Source: Pseudomonadota bacterium
Lineage (GTDB): Bacteria; Bdellovibrionota; Bdellovibrionia; Bdellovibrionales; Bdellovibrionaceae
DNA length: 64,000 nucleotides
Direction of reading: 5' to 3'
NCBI GenBank assembly: GCA_041178425.1
Contig: JBEGVH010000006.1
Coordinates: 128,001 to 192,000, forward strand
Below are positions 8,955-18,926 of this stretch, piece by piece (the first letter of the stretch is position 1; each line of letters starts with the position of its first letter). The translations under genes and the position numbers were made by a program. The notes under the pieces are model-generated. The model did not search any database, was not told the origin of the DNA, and was given only the letters and a program-made list of their open reading frames with translations.

Positions 8955-9908
8955 TTAATCTTCTGCCTGGGCAACTATTTTCTGGAGAGCCAAAAGCTCA
9001 TTAGACCAAAAATTATAATCGTGAAAGCCTGGAAACAGGTTCGGAAATGAAGGGTCATCCCATCGTTCCGCTATCCATGTAGAATAATGAATGATGCGAA
9101 AGGCTCGCAGGGGTTCTAAAAGGTATTGCTCTTCGTCGCTCCAATCGCGGAGTTGGCGGTAACTGTCAACGAAGACTTCTTGTTGTTCCTCGGGCAACTG
9201 GGTGAGAATGATCCAAAAATCTTGAGCCGCGGGCGCCATTAAAAAGTCGTCAAAATCAATTAATGTCCAATCATCGTTCCAAATGAGGTTGCCGCGATGA
9301 AAGTCACCATGCAAGCGAATCGATTTAAAATGAGGTAAGGCGGAGTCCAGAAAGTGAAAGACTTCTTCGGCGATGGATCGGTAAGGATTCCAAAGTTCTA
9401 TTGGAATATGGGGTTTTAAAAGTTCAAGCCGTTGAAAATTAGGCTTTAAAGTGGGTCGATGCTGCGATGGTCGTTTGGCACCCACATTATGAACCCTTGC
9501 AAGCCAACGTCCCAATCCTGGAACCTGCTCGGGAGTTATTTCTTCGATGAGTCTCCCACGAATTTTTGGAAAAACCACCATCATCAACCCATCATGCTCC
9601 GAAAGTGTGCTTTGGTTGCTGAGCAAAAAAGGATCTGCAACGGGAATACCCTCCTCTTTGAGCTCTTTTAAAAAAGCATGTTCTTCTAAAATAGTTTCGC
9701 GACTCCATCGATGAGGGCGATAAAACTTCACAATGACTGATCCACCCGTTTCGAGATCCACATCGAAAACTCGATTCTCGTAAGAATTGAGGGTACGATA
9801 TCGACCGGTCGACTGAAATCCATGAGATTCAACCGCGGCTAAGACCCTATCAGGTGTAAGATTAAAAAAGGTGGTTTTTTTAGAATCCTTTGAGGAATCA
9901 TTGACCAT
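8955..9908 (-). CDS. srkA: Stress response Ser/Thr kinase (SrkA/RdoA/YihE)
   Basis: LNSYENRVF, KFYRPHRWS..ILEEH, RLHGDFHRGN, IDFDD, RWDDPSFP. Start set at ATG 9908, overlapping the mutS2 stop. Confidence 0.9.
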   Translation of the reverse strand: MVNDSSKDSKKTTFFNLTPDRVLAAVESHGFQSTGRYRTLNSYENRVFDVDLETGGSVIVKFYRPHRWSRETILEEHAFLKELKEEGIPVADPFLLSNQSTLSEHDGLMMVVFPKIRGRLIEEITPEQVPGLGRWLARVHNVGAKRPSQHRPTLKPNFQRLELLKPHIPIELWNPYRSIAEEVFHFLDSALPHFKSIRLHGDFHRGNLIWNDDWTLIDFDDFLMAPAAQDFWIILTQLPEEQQEVFVDSYRQLRDWSDEEQYLLEPLRAFRIIHYSTWIAERWDDPSFPNLFPGFHDYNFWSNELLALQKIVAQAED

Positions 9909-12243
9909 TCGTATCGATCTCCACCCAGGTGATTCCGTCGCCACCGGTTTCGGGGGTTCCAGCTTTCCATTTTTTTACATAAGCGCTTCGCGACAAATAG
10001 GCTCTGAGGGATCGTTTGAGAGCCTCTGTTCCGTGGCCATGAATAATTTTAATTCGGTCTTCGCCACGTAAAACAGCTTGATCGAGTTCTCTATCCACAG
10101 TCTCGATGGCCTTGTCGACCGTTTGTCCGCGAATGTCGATGGATGGGTCGTGAGTTGAGAGGCTTGTGTCGAATCCAGATCGATGTCGTAGAATTTTTGC
10201 TGTTGGGTTTTGACTGGTCGCCGGTGGTTTAAGTTCTCTCCAAGAAATGCTAAGACGAAGAGAGTTAGAAAGCACAGGGATATCGCCCTTGGCATTGGGT
10301 TGCCCTTGGATGATACCGTCTTGACCAAGGGAAGGAATATAAACCTTTGTTCCCGGAGGAAAACGTTGGATAAACTCAGAGGCACTTGTGATTGCATGGT
10401 CTTCAAGGGCATCGCCTTTTTTATGGCGAATAATTTGTGGTAGTTCTTGTTTGATGTTTTCTAGTTGTTTAAAGCGTTTGAAGGTGTCTTCGACTTTAGC
10501 ATGCGTAATTTTTTCGTCGATTTCTTTTTGAGTTTCCTTCGCTAAGCGATCAAGCATTTGTGCACGTTCTTTTTCAAATTGTAGAATCAATTCTCCATAT
10601 TTCTTTTTTTCTTTTTCAGCTTCGTGTGCTCGCTTGTTGAAATCTTTTTGGGTACTTAATAAATCTTGTTTGAGTTTTTCAAGTTCGTCAAAGGCTTGGC
10701 GCTGAGCCCTTTGTTCAGGAGAGAGGAGCTCGTAAGCACGATCGATAAGTGTGGGTGAAACACCCACGCGTTTTGCCGTTTGCAGAGCCAGGGAGTTTCC
10801 CGCTACTCCTGGGATGAATAAATAGGTTGGTCGACCTGATTTTTCGTCGTATTGAAGGCTGCCTTGGAGCACTTCAGATTCCGCACTCCAGCCGGTTTTA
10901 AGGGGGCCTAAATGCGAGGTAACCACGGCAAAGATTTTCTCTTTAGCATAAGTTTCGATAAAACTGCGGGCGAGTGCACTTCCTTCCTCGGGATCGGTCG
11001 AACCACAAATTTCATCAACCAGCAAAAGATTTTGCTCACCATGAAGTTGGGTGGCGCGATCAAGGATTTTTAAGTGCGCTGCAAAAGTCGATAGATGTTC
11101 ATCAACACTTTGTGAATCACCAATGGCTGTAACGATTTTTTCAAAAAAAGGAATTTCAGAGCCCTCTGAAGCAGCAATCGGCATTCCACAACGAGCCATT
11201 TGTGCCGCCAAGCCTAAAGATTTGAGAAGTACGGTTTTTCCGCCCGCATTAGGGCCTGTTAGGAGGAGAATTCTCTTTCCTTTAGCAAGAGCCAAGGTAT
11301 TGGGAACGATTCCATCCGCATTGAGAGCTAAGAGCGGGTGACGTAAGTTTTTAAGGTCTACATGGTCTTTAGAGAAATGAGGCGCATTCGCGTCTAAATG
11401 CTCAGCGAGAGCGGCTTGAGCCAGATAAAAATCGATTTCTTGGAGAATATCACGAGCAATAAAAAATTCACCGGCGCGAGATGTTAAATATTTTGAGAGT
11501 TCTTCAAGAAGTCTTTCGATTTCTTGCTCAATTCCCCATTCGACTTGTTTGAGGCGGCTATTCATTGGAATAACTTCCTCGGGTTCAATAAAAACTGTTT
11601 GTTTGCTTTGAGATTGCGCCTGGATGATTCCTTTAACAAAGTGTTGCGATCCCCCTTTGACGGGAACCACCCAACGACCTTCACGCGAAGTGACGTATTT
11701 ATCTTGGAGGTAGGGCTCCATATCATAATCACGAACGATTCGATCAAGAGTATTTTGAATTTGTTTGGTGATGCTTTCTTTTTCGCGAAACAAATTGAAG
11801 AGAGTTTCACTGGCATCATTGCGAATTTCTCCGCCGAGAGTAAAGATATTATCGATGGCGGAGAGGGGTTCGTCGGCTCTCATGAGCCTTTCAAAAAGAG
11901 ATTTGAGCCAATGGGATTGAAAATTGCGAATAACCTCTTTTAAAGCAATACTCTCGGTGCAGAAATGCCGTACATCCCGAATTTCTAATGCATTGAGCAC
12001 AGCTTGTTTTTTTAGTTTAATGTGCCAGGTCTCAAAAAGATCAAGGCTTTGCATATGGGGTCTGGTGCCTGTTTTTAATAAAGCTCTTGCTTCTTCAATT
12101 TTTAAAAAACTCTCTTCCGCCTCCTTCGATTGGGCTTTTGGTTGGAGGCTAAGGACAGCGGCCTTAGTGAGGGCGGCGGTAGCCATTCTTTCAAGATAAT
12201 TTAGGAGTTCGGTCCAATCCAAATTGTTAATGTCTTTTGCCAT
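9898..12243 (-). CDS. mutS2: Endonuclease MutS2
   Basis: TGPNAGGKT, IGDSQSVDEHLSTFAAH, LVDEICGSTDPEEG, coiled coil, C-terminal Smr domain (IIHGHGTEAL...GGDGIT). Confidence 0.93.
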   Translation of the reverse strand: MAKDINNLDWTELLNYLERMATAALTKAAVLSLQPKAQSKEAEESFLKIEEARALLKTGTRPHMQSLDLFETWHIKLKKQAVLNALEIRDVRHFCTESIALKEVIRNFQSHWLKSLFERLMRADEPLSAIDNIFTLGGEIRNDASETLFNLFREKESITKQIQNTLDRIVRDYDMEPYLQDKYVTSREGRWVVPVKGGSQHFVKGIIQAQSQSKQTVFIEPEEVIPMNSRLKQVEWGIEQEIERLLEELSKYLTSRAGEFFIARDILQEIDFYLAQAALAEHLDANAPHFSKDHVDLKNLRHPLLALNADGIVPNTLALAKGKRILLLTGPNAGGKTVLLKSLGLAAQMARCGMPIAASEGSEIPFFEKIVTAIGDSQSVDEHLSTFAAHLKILDRATQLHGEQNLLLVDEICGSTDPEEGSALARSFIETYAKEKIFAVVTSHLGPLKTGWSAESEVLQGSLQYDEKSGRPTYLFIPGVAGNSLALQTAKRVGVSPTLIDRAYELLSPEQRAQRQAFDELEKLKQDLLSTQKDFNKRAHEAEKEKKKYGELILQFEKERAQMLDRLAKETQKEIDEKITHAKVEDTFKRFKQLENIKQELPQIIRHKKGDALEDHAITSASEFIQRFPPGTKVYIPSLGQDGIIQGQPNAKGDIPVLSNSLRLSISWRELKPPATSQNPTAKILRHRSGFDTSLSTHDPSIDIRGQTVDKAIETVDRELDQAVLRGEDRIKIIHGHGTEALKRSLRAYLSRSAYVKKWKAGTPETGGDGITWVEIDTNGQ

Positions 12244-12297
12244 GATGTCTTTCCACTCATTTTTAGGTTTTTTGTGGGATCGAATCAATGAGTTGGT

Positions 12298-13947
12298 CTA
12301 TCTTTGTTTTTGCGTGAATAGAGCAACAAAACCCACGAGCGTAAAGAAGAGTACTACAATAGGCCACAAATCGCCATAACGAGTATAAAGCGTCATAACG
12401 GGTTTTTCTTGGTAGGGGATCTTGAAGAGTGAAAACCACTCATCGTAGAGGGGCGAGAGATTAAGAATCTTTCCGGAGGCTTCAACCGCAGAGGTGAACC
12501 CCGTGTTGGTCACTCGAAGGAGGGGGCGTCGGTTTTCAATGGCTCGCGCAAAAGTCATAGACATGTGCTGAAAAGGCTCAGAATTTGGACCGAACCAGGA
12601 ATCATTGGTTAAATTAACAAGAATCTGCGCACCAGCCAGCGTGCCGATTCTAGAGAATTCAGGATAAAGCGCCTCGTAGCAAATTTGAGGGGCAATTTGG
12701 AGATTGTTGAAAAAAGGATCACTAAGGGTCAAACTCTGAGGCCCCGGACCTCTTGAAAAGCCCTTGCCAGAGGGAGAAATTTCAGTGAGATAGGGAAACC
12801 AATCGCCAAAAGGGGTGTATTCACCGAAGGCCAACAAATGCTTTTTTCGATAGGGAGTCGGTGATAAGGCTCGTTGAGCCCCAAGCATGAAAAGCGCATT
12901 ATAGGAATCATCTGGCTTTTGAGATCTGATTTCCTTTGAATATCCACCCGTAATAAGAAAGCGCTGAGTTTCTCGCAAAAAGTTTTCAATGATTTGAGGT
13001 CTTCGGCGACCCTTGAATTGCCCATCCAGATAGTCGGGGATTGCCGACTCCGGCCAAACCAAGACCTTTCCCTCGGGAAATTGTTCAATTGCTTTTCGAC
13101 TGAGAGAAATGAACCTGTCTAGGATAAAATCCTGGTATCCGATGCCTCTTTCGGCTGAAATCCGCTCCGTATTGCCAATGTTTGCTTGGATGGCTAGAAA
13201 AGGAATTTGTTTTTGGTCATTACTATCAAACCATGGAGCACCGTGCCTGTGGCCAGAATAATTCAGTAATGCAAAAAAAGCCAATGCCCCGCTGAGGCCA
13301 ATCAATGTATGGGCAACCACAGAGGGTTTTTCTGATTGGTGCCACCAAACAAAAAAAGCGTTAAAAAGTAATAAGACGAAGGACAGCCCTTGGAAGCCAA
13401 TGATATCAGCCCAGTGATAGGAGGGTAGTTTCGCCCAAAAGAGCGTGTAGCCCATATGCCACTGAAAGATATAAGGCCAATAAATTTCAGCGAGGGCCCA
13501 AGAGCCAGAGAGAAACAGTAGCCACCAAACCAGTTTGAGCGAATGAGAGGGGATTCTAGCAGAAAACCGTTCCCGCAGAAAAAAAATGGAAAGTCCGACG
13601 AGCGGAATATAAAGGTGCGCCAAACTGGCAAATAAAAATAAAACAACCAGGGCTAAGGGGGCCGGAATATTTCCGAACTCGTGGGCTGTATGATAAACCC
13701 AATGAAAACCGATAAGATTCAGAACAAATTGGCTTAACCACCCCGTCCAGAAAGCCTCTTTTCTTGAGTTGGCCCTAAAGAGCCAAAACCACCAGAGGGG
13801 GGCATAGTTAAACAGTGCGGCCCACGGAAAAAAAGGAATATACGAGGTGCCAGTCATGACTCCTGTGAGGAGGCTGGCACTTATGGCGACCTTATTTTGG
13901 CGACAAAAAAAGAACAGGTGATCTTTAAGGTTCTTGGTGGACAACAT
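12298..13947 (-). CDS. lnt: Apolipoprotein N-acyltransferase
   Basis: Multiple TMs; QANI, VWPESA, KKHLLAFGEYTP, QICYEALY, NLTNDSWFG, RAIENRRPLLRVTNTG. Confidence 0.95.
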   Translation of the reverse strand: MLSTKNLKDHLFFFCRQNKVAISASLLTGVMTGTSYIPFFPWAALFNYAPLWWFWLFRANSRKEAFWTGWLSQFVLNLIGFHWVYHTAHEFGNIPAPLALVVLFLFASLAHLYIPLVGLSIFFLRERFSARIPSHSLKLVWWLLFLSGSWALAEIYWPYIFQWHMGYTLFWAKLPSYHWADIIGFQGLSFVLLLFNAFFVWWHQSEKPSVVAHTLIGLSGALAFFALLNYSGHRHGAPWFDSNDQKQIPFLAIQANIGNTERISAERGIGYQDFILDRFISLSRKAIEQFPEGKVLVWPESAIPDYLDGQFKGRRRPQIIENFLRETQRFLITGGYSKEIRSQKPDDSYNALFMLGAQRALSPTPYRKKHLLAFGEYTPFGDWFPYLTEISPSGKGFSRGPGPQSLTLSDPFFNNLQIAPQICYEALYPEFSRIGTLAGAQILVNLTNDSWFGPNSEPFQHMSMTFARAIENRRPLLRVTNTGFTSAVEASGKILNLSPLYDEWFSLFKIPYQEKPVMTLYTRYGDLWPIVVLFFTLVGFVALFTQKQR

Positions 13948-14000
13948 GCTTCGATTCTAGTGATAATTACTGAGAAACGGCAAGAAATTAAGAGGTTAAA

Positions 14001-14675
14001 TTGCGAGTTCATTGCCCCCGATGCGGAAAACATTATTTGGTTGATACGTCGACGAATCTGTCGTGCGAAAAGGCCCATTTTATTTGTACGGCTTGTCAAT
14101 GTGAATTTCCACTGCATTCAAAAAGAGAAATGGTCTCTCGGGTGGCTTTGCCAGAGGTGAAACATTGCCCGTTTTGTTCCGAAATTTTAATGAACGATAA
14201 AGATGAGTGTCCGCGTTGCCTTAAAATTCCCAGCAAATTTGATTTGTCTTCAAAGTCACTTGAAACTCCAACGGCGAAAAGCACACTTCAAAAGCGGGCC
14301 GATGAGGCTTGGCAAGACTTATTGGATAATTTTTCAGAAACAACACAACATCAAGCGTTTGTTTCTCTCTGTCATCAGTTAGGTCATCTCGATTTTGCGG
14401 AAGAGCGCTATCAAAAACTTCGTGATATTATCGGTGATGATCATGAAATCGATAAGCGACTGCAACAGATCAATTTTTTGCGCTGGCAATCGCAGAAGGT
14501 TAAAACCTCTGACGTAGCGGAGCGCCCTCTGACTCGTTGGCAGTGGCAGGTTATTGTTGGAATCGTTGCCACAGTTCTTATTTTAATAGGGACGTTGGCG
14601 AGTCCACTGCGCTGGTTGGCTTCGCTCGGTTTATTTTTGGTTGCTGGGCTTTTTTTGAACAGCCTCAAGAAGTGA
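14001..14675 (+). CDS. Zinc-ribbon protein with C-terminal TM hairpin
   Basis: CPRC, CTAC, CPFC and CPRC pairs; two C-terminal hydrophobic helices. Confidence 0.7.
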   Translation: MRVHCPRCGKHYLVDTSTNLSCEKAHFICTACQCEFPLHSKREMVSRVALPEVKHCPFCSEILMNDKDECPRCLKIPSKFDLSSKSLETPTAKSTLQKRADEAWQDLLDNFSETTQHQAFVSLCHQLGHLDFAEERYQKLRDIIGDDHEIDKRLQQINFLRWQSQKVKTSDVAERPLTRWQWQVIVGIVATVLILIGTLASPLRWLASLGLFLVAGLFLNSLKK

Positions 14676-15974
14676 CTTACCAAATCCCGACATTCCCGAC
14701 GCAGATTCGCCAAGTTTAGCTGGGTTGCGTTTGCCTCGTTCTTCTGAATTAAACATTTCCGACTCATGAGAAAAGACAGGGGCATCGGCTGTGATATTGG
14801 CCGCCTGAACACCGGTTGCACCGATACCACTATCCAAAACGGTGAGGGCTTTATAAAGATTGAGTTTTCGAGATGTTCCTGTTTTGTTAATGAGAGTTTC
14901 TTCTCCGTCGCCCGTTGCGAGTAAATATTTTTTAGTTTCATCCACTGAAAAAGTCCCTTTGTGTGCCATGACAACAGCAGCTGCTCCGGTCACAAAGGCT
15001 GTCGCCTGAGAGGTTCCCGTCATAAATCCATAAGTGTTTCTTGGAAGCGTAGAAAGAATATTTTGCCCGGGGGCTGCGATCTGAACGGTTTCAACGCCAT
15101 AGTTACTTGATGGGAGGACCTGGGTGTTTGGATCGATTGCGGTTACTGAAATGATATTTGAAAGCCCATAGTCGGCTGGAAAATACTTATGATGATCAGA
15201 ATTGGATCTCTCGTTACCGGCGGCGGCAACAAAAAGAATTCCGCGTCGTTGAGCCTCTTGGATGGCCTTTTTTTCTTCTTCACTAAACTCTAAACCACCA
15301 CCGCTGTAATTGATAATATTCGCTCGCATTTTTGTTGCATAGTGAATGGCTTGTACAGTGTTTCGAAGATTGTCGGTTGGGGTTTTTGGGTCGTAATACT
15401 TTAAAATCATCATGCTCACCTTGGGGGCAATTCCAATAATGCCTTTTCCATTTCCTCCCTCTGCGCCTACGATGCCCGCGATGTGGGTGCCGTGGCCATG
15501 GTTGTCGGTGAGATCATTGTTGTTGTTGACAAAATTCCAACCGTAAAGATCGTCGATGAACCCATTGCCATCATCGTCGATGCCATTGGTGGCTTTGTTT
15601 CTTCCCTCAGAATCATTTCCAATCTCACCTGGATTTTGCCAAATGTTATTGCTTAAATCTTCGTGTCGGACGTCGCACCCGGTGTCGATGATAGCAACGA
15701 CAATGTGTCGGCTTCCTTGGGAGACTTGCCAAGCTTTTTCTGCGTCGGTTTTTTGAAGGTCCCACTTGGAACTGATCGCAGGATCATTGAAGACAACACT
15801 CGACTCATTTTGTGTTTTTGCATTAGGTGCAATATTTGTTTTTCCCAGTTCAAGATACCGGCCTGGTTCTCTATGAGCAAGCGGCCCTTGGCTTTGTTTT
15901 TGAAAAGAGGCAATAAAATACACAAAGGTTAGGCCAAGTAGCATTAAAAGAAGAATATTTTGCTGTTTCTTCAT
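14631..15974 (-). CDS. S8 subtilisin-family serine peptidase
   Basis: VAIIDTG, DDDGNGFIDDLYGWNF, HGHGTHIAG, AAAGN, GTSQATAFV. Confidence 0.92.
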   Translation of the reverse strand: MKKQQNILLLMLLGLTFVYFIASFQKQSQGPLAHREPGRYLELGKTNIAPNAKTQNESSVVFNDPAISSKWDLQKTDAEKAWQVSQGSRHIVVAIIDTGCDVRHEDLSNNIWQNPGEIGNDSEGRNKATNGIDDDGNGFIDDLYGWNFVNNNNDLTDNHGHGTHIAGIVGAEGGNGKGIIGIAPKVSMMILKYYDPKTPTDNLRNTVQAIHYATKMRANIINYSGGGLEFSEEEKKAIQEAQRRGILFVAAAGNERSNSDHHKYFPADYGLSNIISVTAIDPNTQVLPSSNYGVETVQIAAPGQNILSTLPRNTYGFMTGTSQATAFVTGAAAVVMAHKGTFSVDETKKYLLATGDGEETLINKTGTSRKLNLYKALTVLDSGIGATGVQAANITADAPVFSHESEMFNSEERGKRNPAKLGESASGMSGFGKSLLEAVQKKPSNQK

Positions 15975-15992
15975 TTCCGTAGGCTCCTTAGT

Positions 15993-16694
15993 CTAAGCAA
16001 TCTTTTTGATCTGCTCGAGCTTGTCTCTCATGACGGCGTTGACCTTGCGTAAGTTTTGTAGCTCCATTTGAAGTTGAAAGTTTTGACGTCGCAAGGCTGA
16101 AATTTCTTCTTCTGCCTGTTGAGTGAGACCTTGGTTTGAGGCAGGCGGATTCACAACGCGAGCGGTGGCTTTTTCGGCTAGAATTTCTGACGACGGCAAT
16201 GAGGGCATTGAGTAGGGCTTTAGCTCCAATTGATTTTCAATGTCGTCGGGAATGTGCAGATGAGGCGCGAATTTATCAAATTTTAATAATCCCTGTTGAG
16301 CAAGGGCTCGTGTTTCAGAAAGTAATTTTTCGATACTTGCTTGGGCCTGCTGAGGGCTGAATTCGGTTTCGTCCATGATGCTTCTGATTTTTGCGTATTG
16401 AGCGTGTCCGAGGCCCGCAAAGAGAATTTTATTTTTTTCTTCGGGGAGTGATTTTGCCACAGCAGCCAGAGTTATAGGTTGAGTGCGGCTGGTGACTTCG
16501 GCAAGTATTTCTACGGGCCATTTGAGGAGGTCGTCGAAGCCCAACATCTTTTGTTTGAGAGCATCATGCCATACCGGACTCTCATCGAGGATGATTTTAA
16601 AGAATTTCTCCCGTTTTGCGCTTCCGCAAGATTCGAGGAGTGCTAAGAGTTGGGAGAATCCACCCGATTTTTTATAACGGTCAATCATGCTCAT
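15993..16694 (-). CDS. FliG C-terminal-like domain protein with coiled coil
   Basis: RYKKSGGFSQLLALLESC N-terminus and FliG-C-like helical region, as recalled for Bdellovibrio proteins; sigma28 promoter upstream. Confidence 0.55.
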   Translation of the reverse strand: MSMIDRYKKSGGFSQLLALLESCGSAKREKFFKIILDESPVWHDALKQKMLGFDDLLKWPVEILAEVTSRTQPITLAAVAKSLPEEKNKILFAGLGHAQYAKIRSIMDETEFSPQQAQASIEKLLSETRALAQQGLLKFDKFAPHLHIPDDIENQLELKPYSMPSLPSSEILAEKATARVVNPPASNQGLTQQAEEEISALRRQNFQLQMELQNLRKVNAVMRDKLEQIKKIA

Positions 16695-16751
16695 AGGAAC
16701 TCCATCAACGAGTGTTTATCACCAAGATCCCCAGCGATCTCTACTCTCTAT

Positions 16752-16805
16752 AAGTCGGCATTTTTGAGGTAAAACTTTACGTTAAAATGTGGCTCAGTTT
16801 GAGAC
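16752..16805 (-). promoter_or_regulatory. sigma28 (FliA) promoter plus palindromic site
   Basis: TAAAGTTT-12 nt-GCCGACTT (16779-16752, minus); GGCTCA-GTT-TGAGAC at 16791-16805. Confidence 0.6.
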
Positions 16806-16842
16806 GAGAAGGCGGGAGAGTTCTTTGTTCGGAGCTTGATAA

Positions 16843-16879
16843 AATAAATAAAACCCACCTTAGGTGGGTTTTATTTATT
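16843..16879. terminator. Intrinsic terminator downstream of clpP
   Basis: AATAAATAAAACCCACCT-T-AGGTGGGTTTTATTTATT: perfect 18-bp inverted repeat with A/T tails. Confidence 0.8.
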
Positions 16880-16898
16880 GCGAAGTAAAAAGTTAAAC

Positions 16899-17483
16899 TT
16901 AAATTTCGGATTTCTTTTCGATGATGCGTTCGATCAGGCCGTATTCTTTGGCGTGGATCGCAGTCATCCAGTAGTCACGGTCACAATCTCGTTTCATTTG
17001 ATCAACGGTTTTGCCGGTTTCTTTTGCTAATATTGAAAGGAGCTTTTCTTTTGTTTTGGATAACTCTTTTGAGGCAATTTCAATATCGCTAATGCGCCCA
17101 GTGATACCTTGACTCAATGGTTGATGAATGAGGAATTCACAGTTTGGAAGTGAGAGTCGATTCTTTTTTGGAACGGCAGTGAGAATGATCGTCGCAATGC
17201 TTGCACAAAGACCGGTGCAAACAATTTTTACCTCGGGTTCAATAAAACGAATAGCATCATAGATGGAAAAACCGGCTGTCACTTCTCCGCCTGGGCTATT
17301 TAAAAGAACTTTGATTGGTTCTTTATTGTTATCGGCTTCGAGAAGTAACAAATTCTGTATGAACTCTTTAGCTACTTTCGAGTCAATAGCATCAAAGAGA
17401 GTGAGGGTTCTTGTTTTAAGCATCTTCTCGCTGAGGGTGTTTTCTTTTTTCTCGTTTTCGGTCTCTTTATTGGCCTTAGTCAT
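16899..17483 (-). CDS. clpP: ATP-dependent Clp protease proteolytic subunit
   Basis: NSPGGEVTAGFSIYD, GLCASIA (catalytic Ser), IHQP, DRDYWMTA..AKEYGLI. Confidence 0.93.
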   Translation of the reverse strand: MTKANKETENEKKENTLSEKMLKTRTLTLFDAIDSKVAKEFIQNLLLLEADNNKEPIKVLLNSPGGEVTAGFSIYDAIRFIEPEVKIVCTGLCASIATIILTAVPKKNRLSLPNCEFLIHQPLSQGITGRISDIEIASKELSKTKEKLLSILAKETGKTVDQMKRDCDRDYWMTAIHAKEYGLIERIIEKKSEI

Positions 17484-17775
17484 TTGAAGCTCCCTTACTG
17501 TTTCGACATTTCACCCATCTCGAGTCGTGATGTCAATTTGTCAATTTCACCCCTCTTTTTTCGGATTTTGACCGTGACTCTCAAGAGAGACTTAAGTCTA
17601 GTCTTTCGGCTATATATTTTTTGTTTACAGATAGATCTATTTCTAATGCCTCATTTTGGGATGTAATGCCCCCTAATGCTCTTCTTTGGTTAAGTCTTTA
17701 TCAAGAATTTTTCCATCGATTGACCGAGGGCTTGTTCTGCCATTTACATCGACCTCAACCAAAAAGGGAGGTTTT

Positions 17776-18396
17776 ATGAATCAATTCATAACTAAGAAAA
17801 TTCGCTCAAGTGTGTTGGCTGTGGCGCTGAGCTCAATGGCTTTTGCTTCGGTCGGTGCAGCTTCAGTTGCTCTTCCGCCAGGAACAGGTCCTACGAATCT
17901 TGTTGGGGCGACAACGGCTGCAGAATCGGATTTGGCCGGGGTCGTTTTGCACGACAAGTTGATTCCGTTCAAAATTTTAGGACTGGGCGGGGTTGTATTG
18001 TTTGCCGGAACTTTGCAAAATCGAGTGGTAAAATCTAATCAAACGGGAAATTTACATTTTTACTATCGCATTCGAGATACAAAAAGCGGTCTTAATGGTG
18101 TCGTTCGGCATTTGCAAACTCAGGGCTTTCATAATGTGAATCCACTTCTCGCCGACTGGCGTCCAGATGGCCTAGGTACTATTCATCCCGATACAGCAGA
18201 GCGGTCACCAGGGGCGGGCAATATTGTGCGGTTCAATTTTATTCCCCATGCGGGCATGGTTTTTTCAGGGGGCTTAGATACGAAATTTGTTTATCTAAAA
18301 ACGATGTATAAAAAATTCGCATCTGGTGGTCATACCCAAATTCGTCTTAAAACGGGAGAGTCGGTAATGCTACCAACTGTGTTGCCGAGGCTCTAG
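17776..18396 (+). CDS. Secreted hypothetical protein
   Basis: GGGAGG RBS before ATG 17776; signal peptide; beta-rich domain. Confidence 0.7.
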   Translation: MNQFITKKIRSSVLAVALSSMAFASVGAASVALPPGTGPTNLVGATTAAESDLAGVVLHDKLIPFKILGLGGVVLFAGTLQNRVVKSNQTGNLHFYYRIRDTKSGLNGVVRHLQTQGFHNVNPLLADWRPDGLGTIHPDTAERSPGAGNIVRFNFIPHAGMVFSGGLDTKFVYLKTMYKKFASGGHTQIRLKTGESVMLPTVLPRL

Positions 18397-18581
18397 TGTG
18401 TAGCGGTGGCATCGAGGTTTTAATCTGAAAGTGATCATCAAGACGAGTGTATTTTCTTAGAAAATTATGCTCGTCTTATCATAAGAAGAACTGAAGATTC
18501 CTTAATGAGTGGTTTAATTCTCTTAAATTCGAAAGGCCTATGCTAGGGTTCGGCTAGTCTTGATGAGTGAGGGAGCAGCTG

Positions 18582-18926
18582 ATGATTAAGACTCTTTTAG
18601 TAATAGATGATGAGCCTGATATTCTTGAGATCGTTGCTGAGCAGATTGAGCTCCTGGGGTATGATTTTAAAGTACTCAAAGCTCAAAATGTTGACGAGGC
18701 GGAGCGATTGATTCCCTCTTGTGATGCCATAATCTCTGACATAAAGATGCCAAATAGCGCTAAACTCGAAAAAATTCTACATCATTGCCAAAAACCCGTC
18801 GCACGGATCACCGGGCACGATGAATTTCACGGTGATTTGGTCATAAAGAAACCCATCGATCTTAAAGTCTTAGTTGCGGTTATTGATCGGCTCCAGGGGC
18901 TCACAAAGAATGAGTTGAGGGGTTAA
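18582..18926 (+). CDS. Single-domain response regulator
   Basis: LLVIDDEPD, ISDIKMP (phospho-Asp), ITG, IKKP. Confidence 0.85.
   Translation: MIKTLLVIDDEPDILEIVAEQIELLGYDFKVLKAQNVDEAERLIPSCDAIISDIKMPNSAKLEKILHHCQKPVARITGHDEFHGDLVIKKPIDLKVLVAVIDRLQGLTKNELRG

Noticed and set aside
17531..17545. CtsR box upstream of clpP (GTCAAT repeated)
   Set aside because: The repeat period is 8 rather than 10; more simply a TTGACA -35 element.
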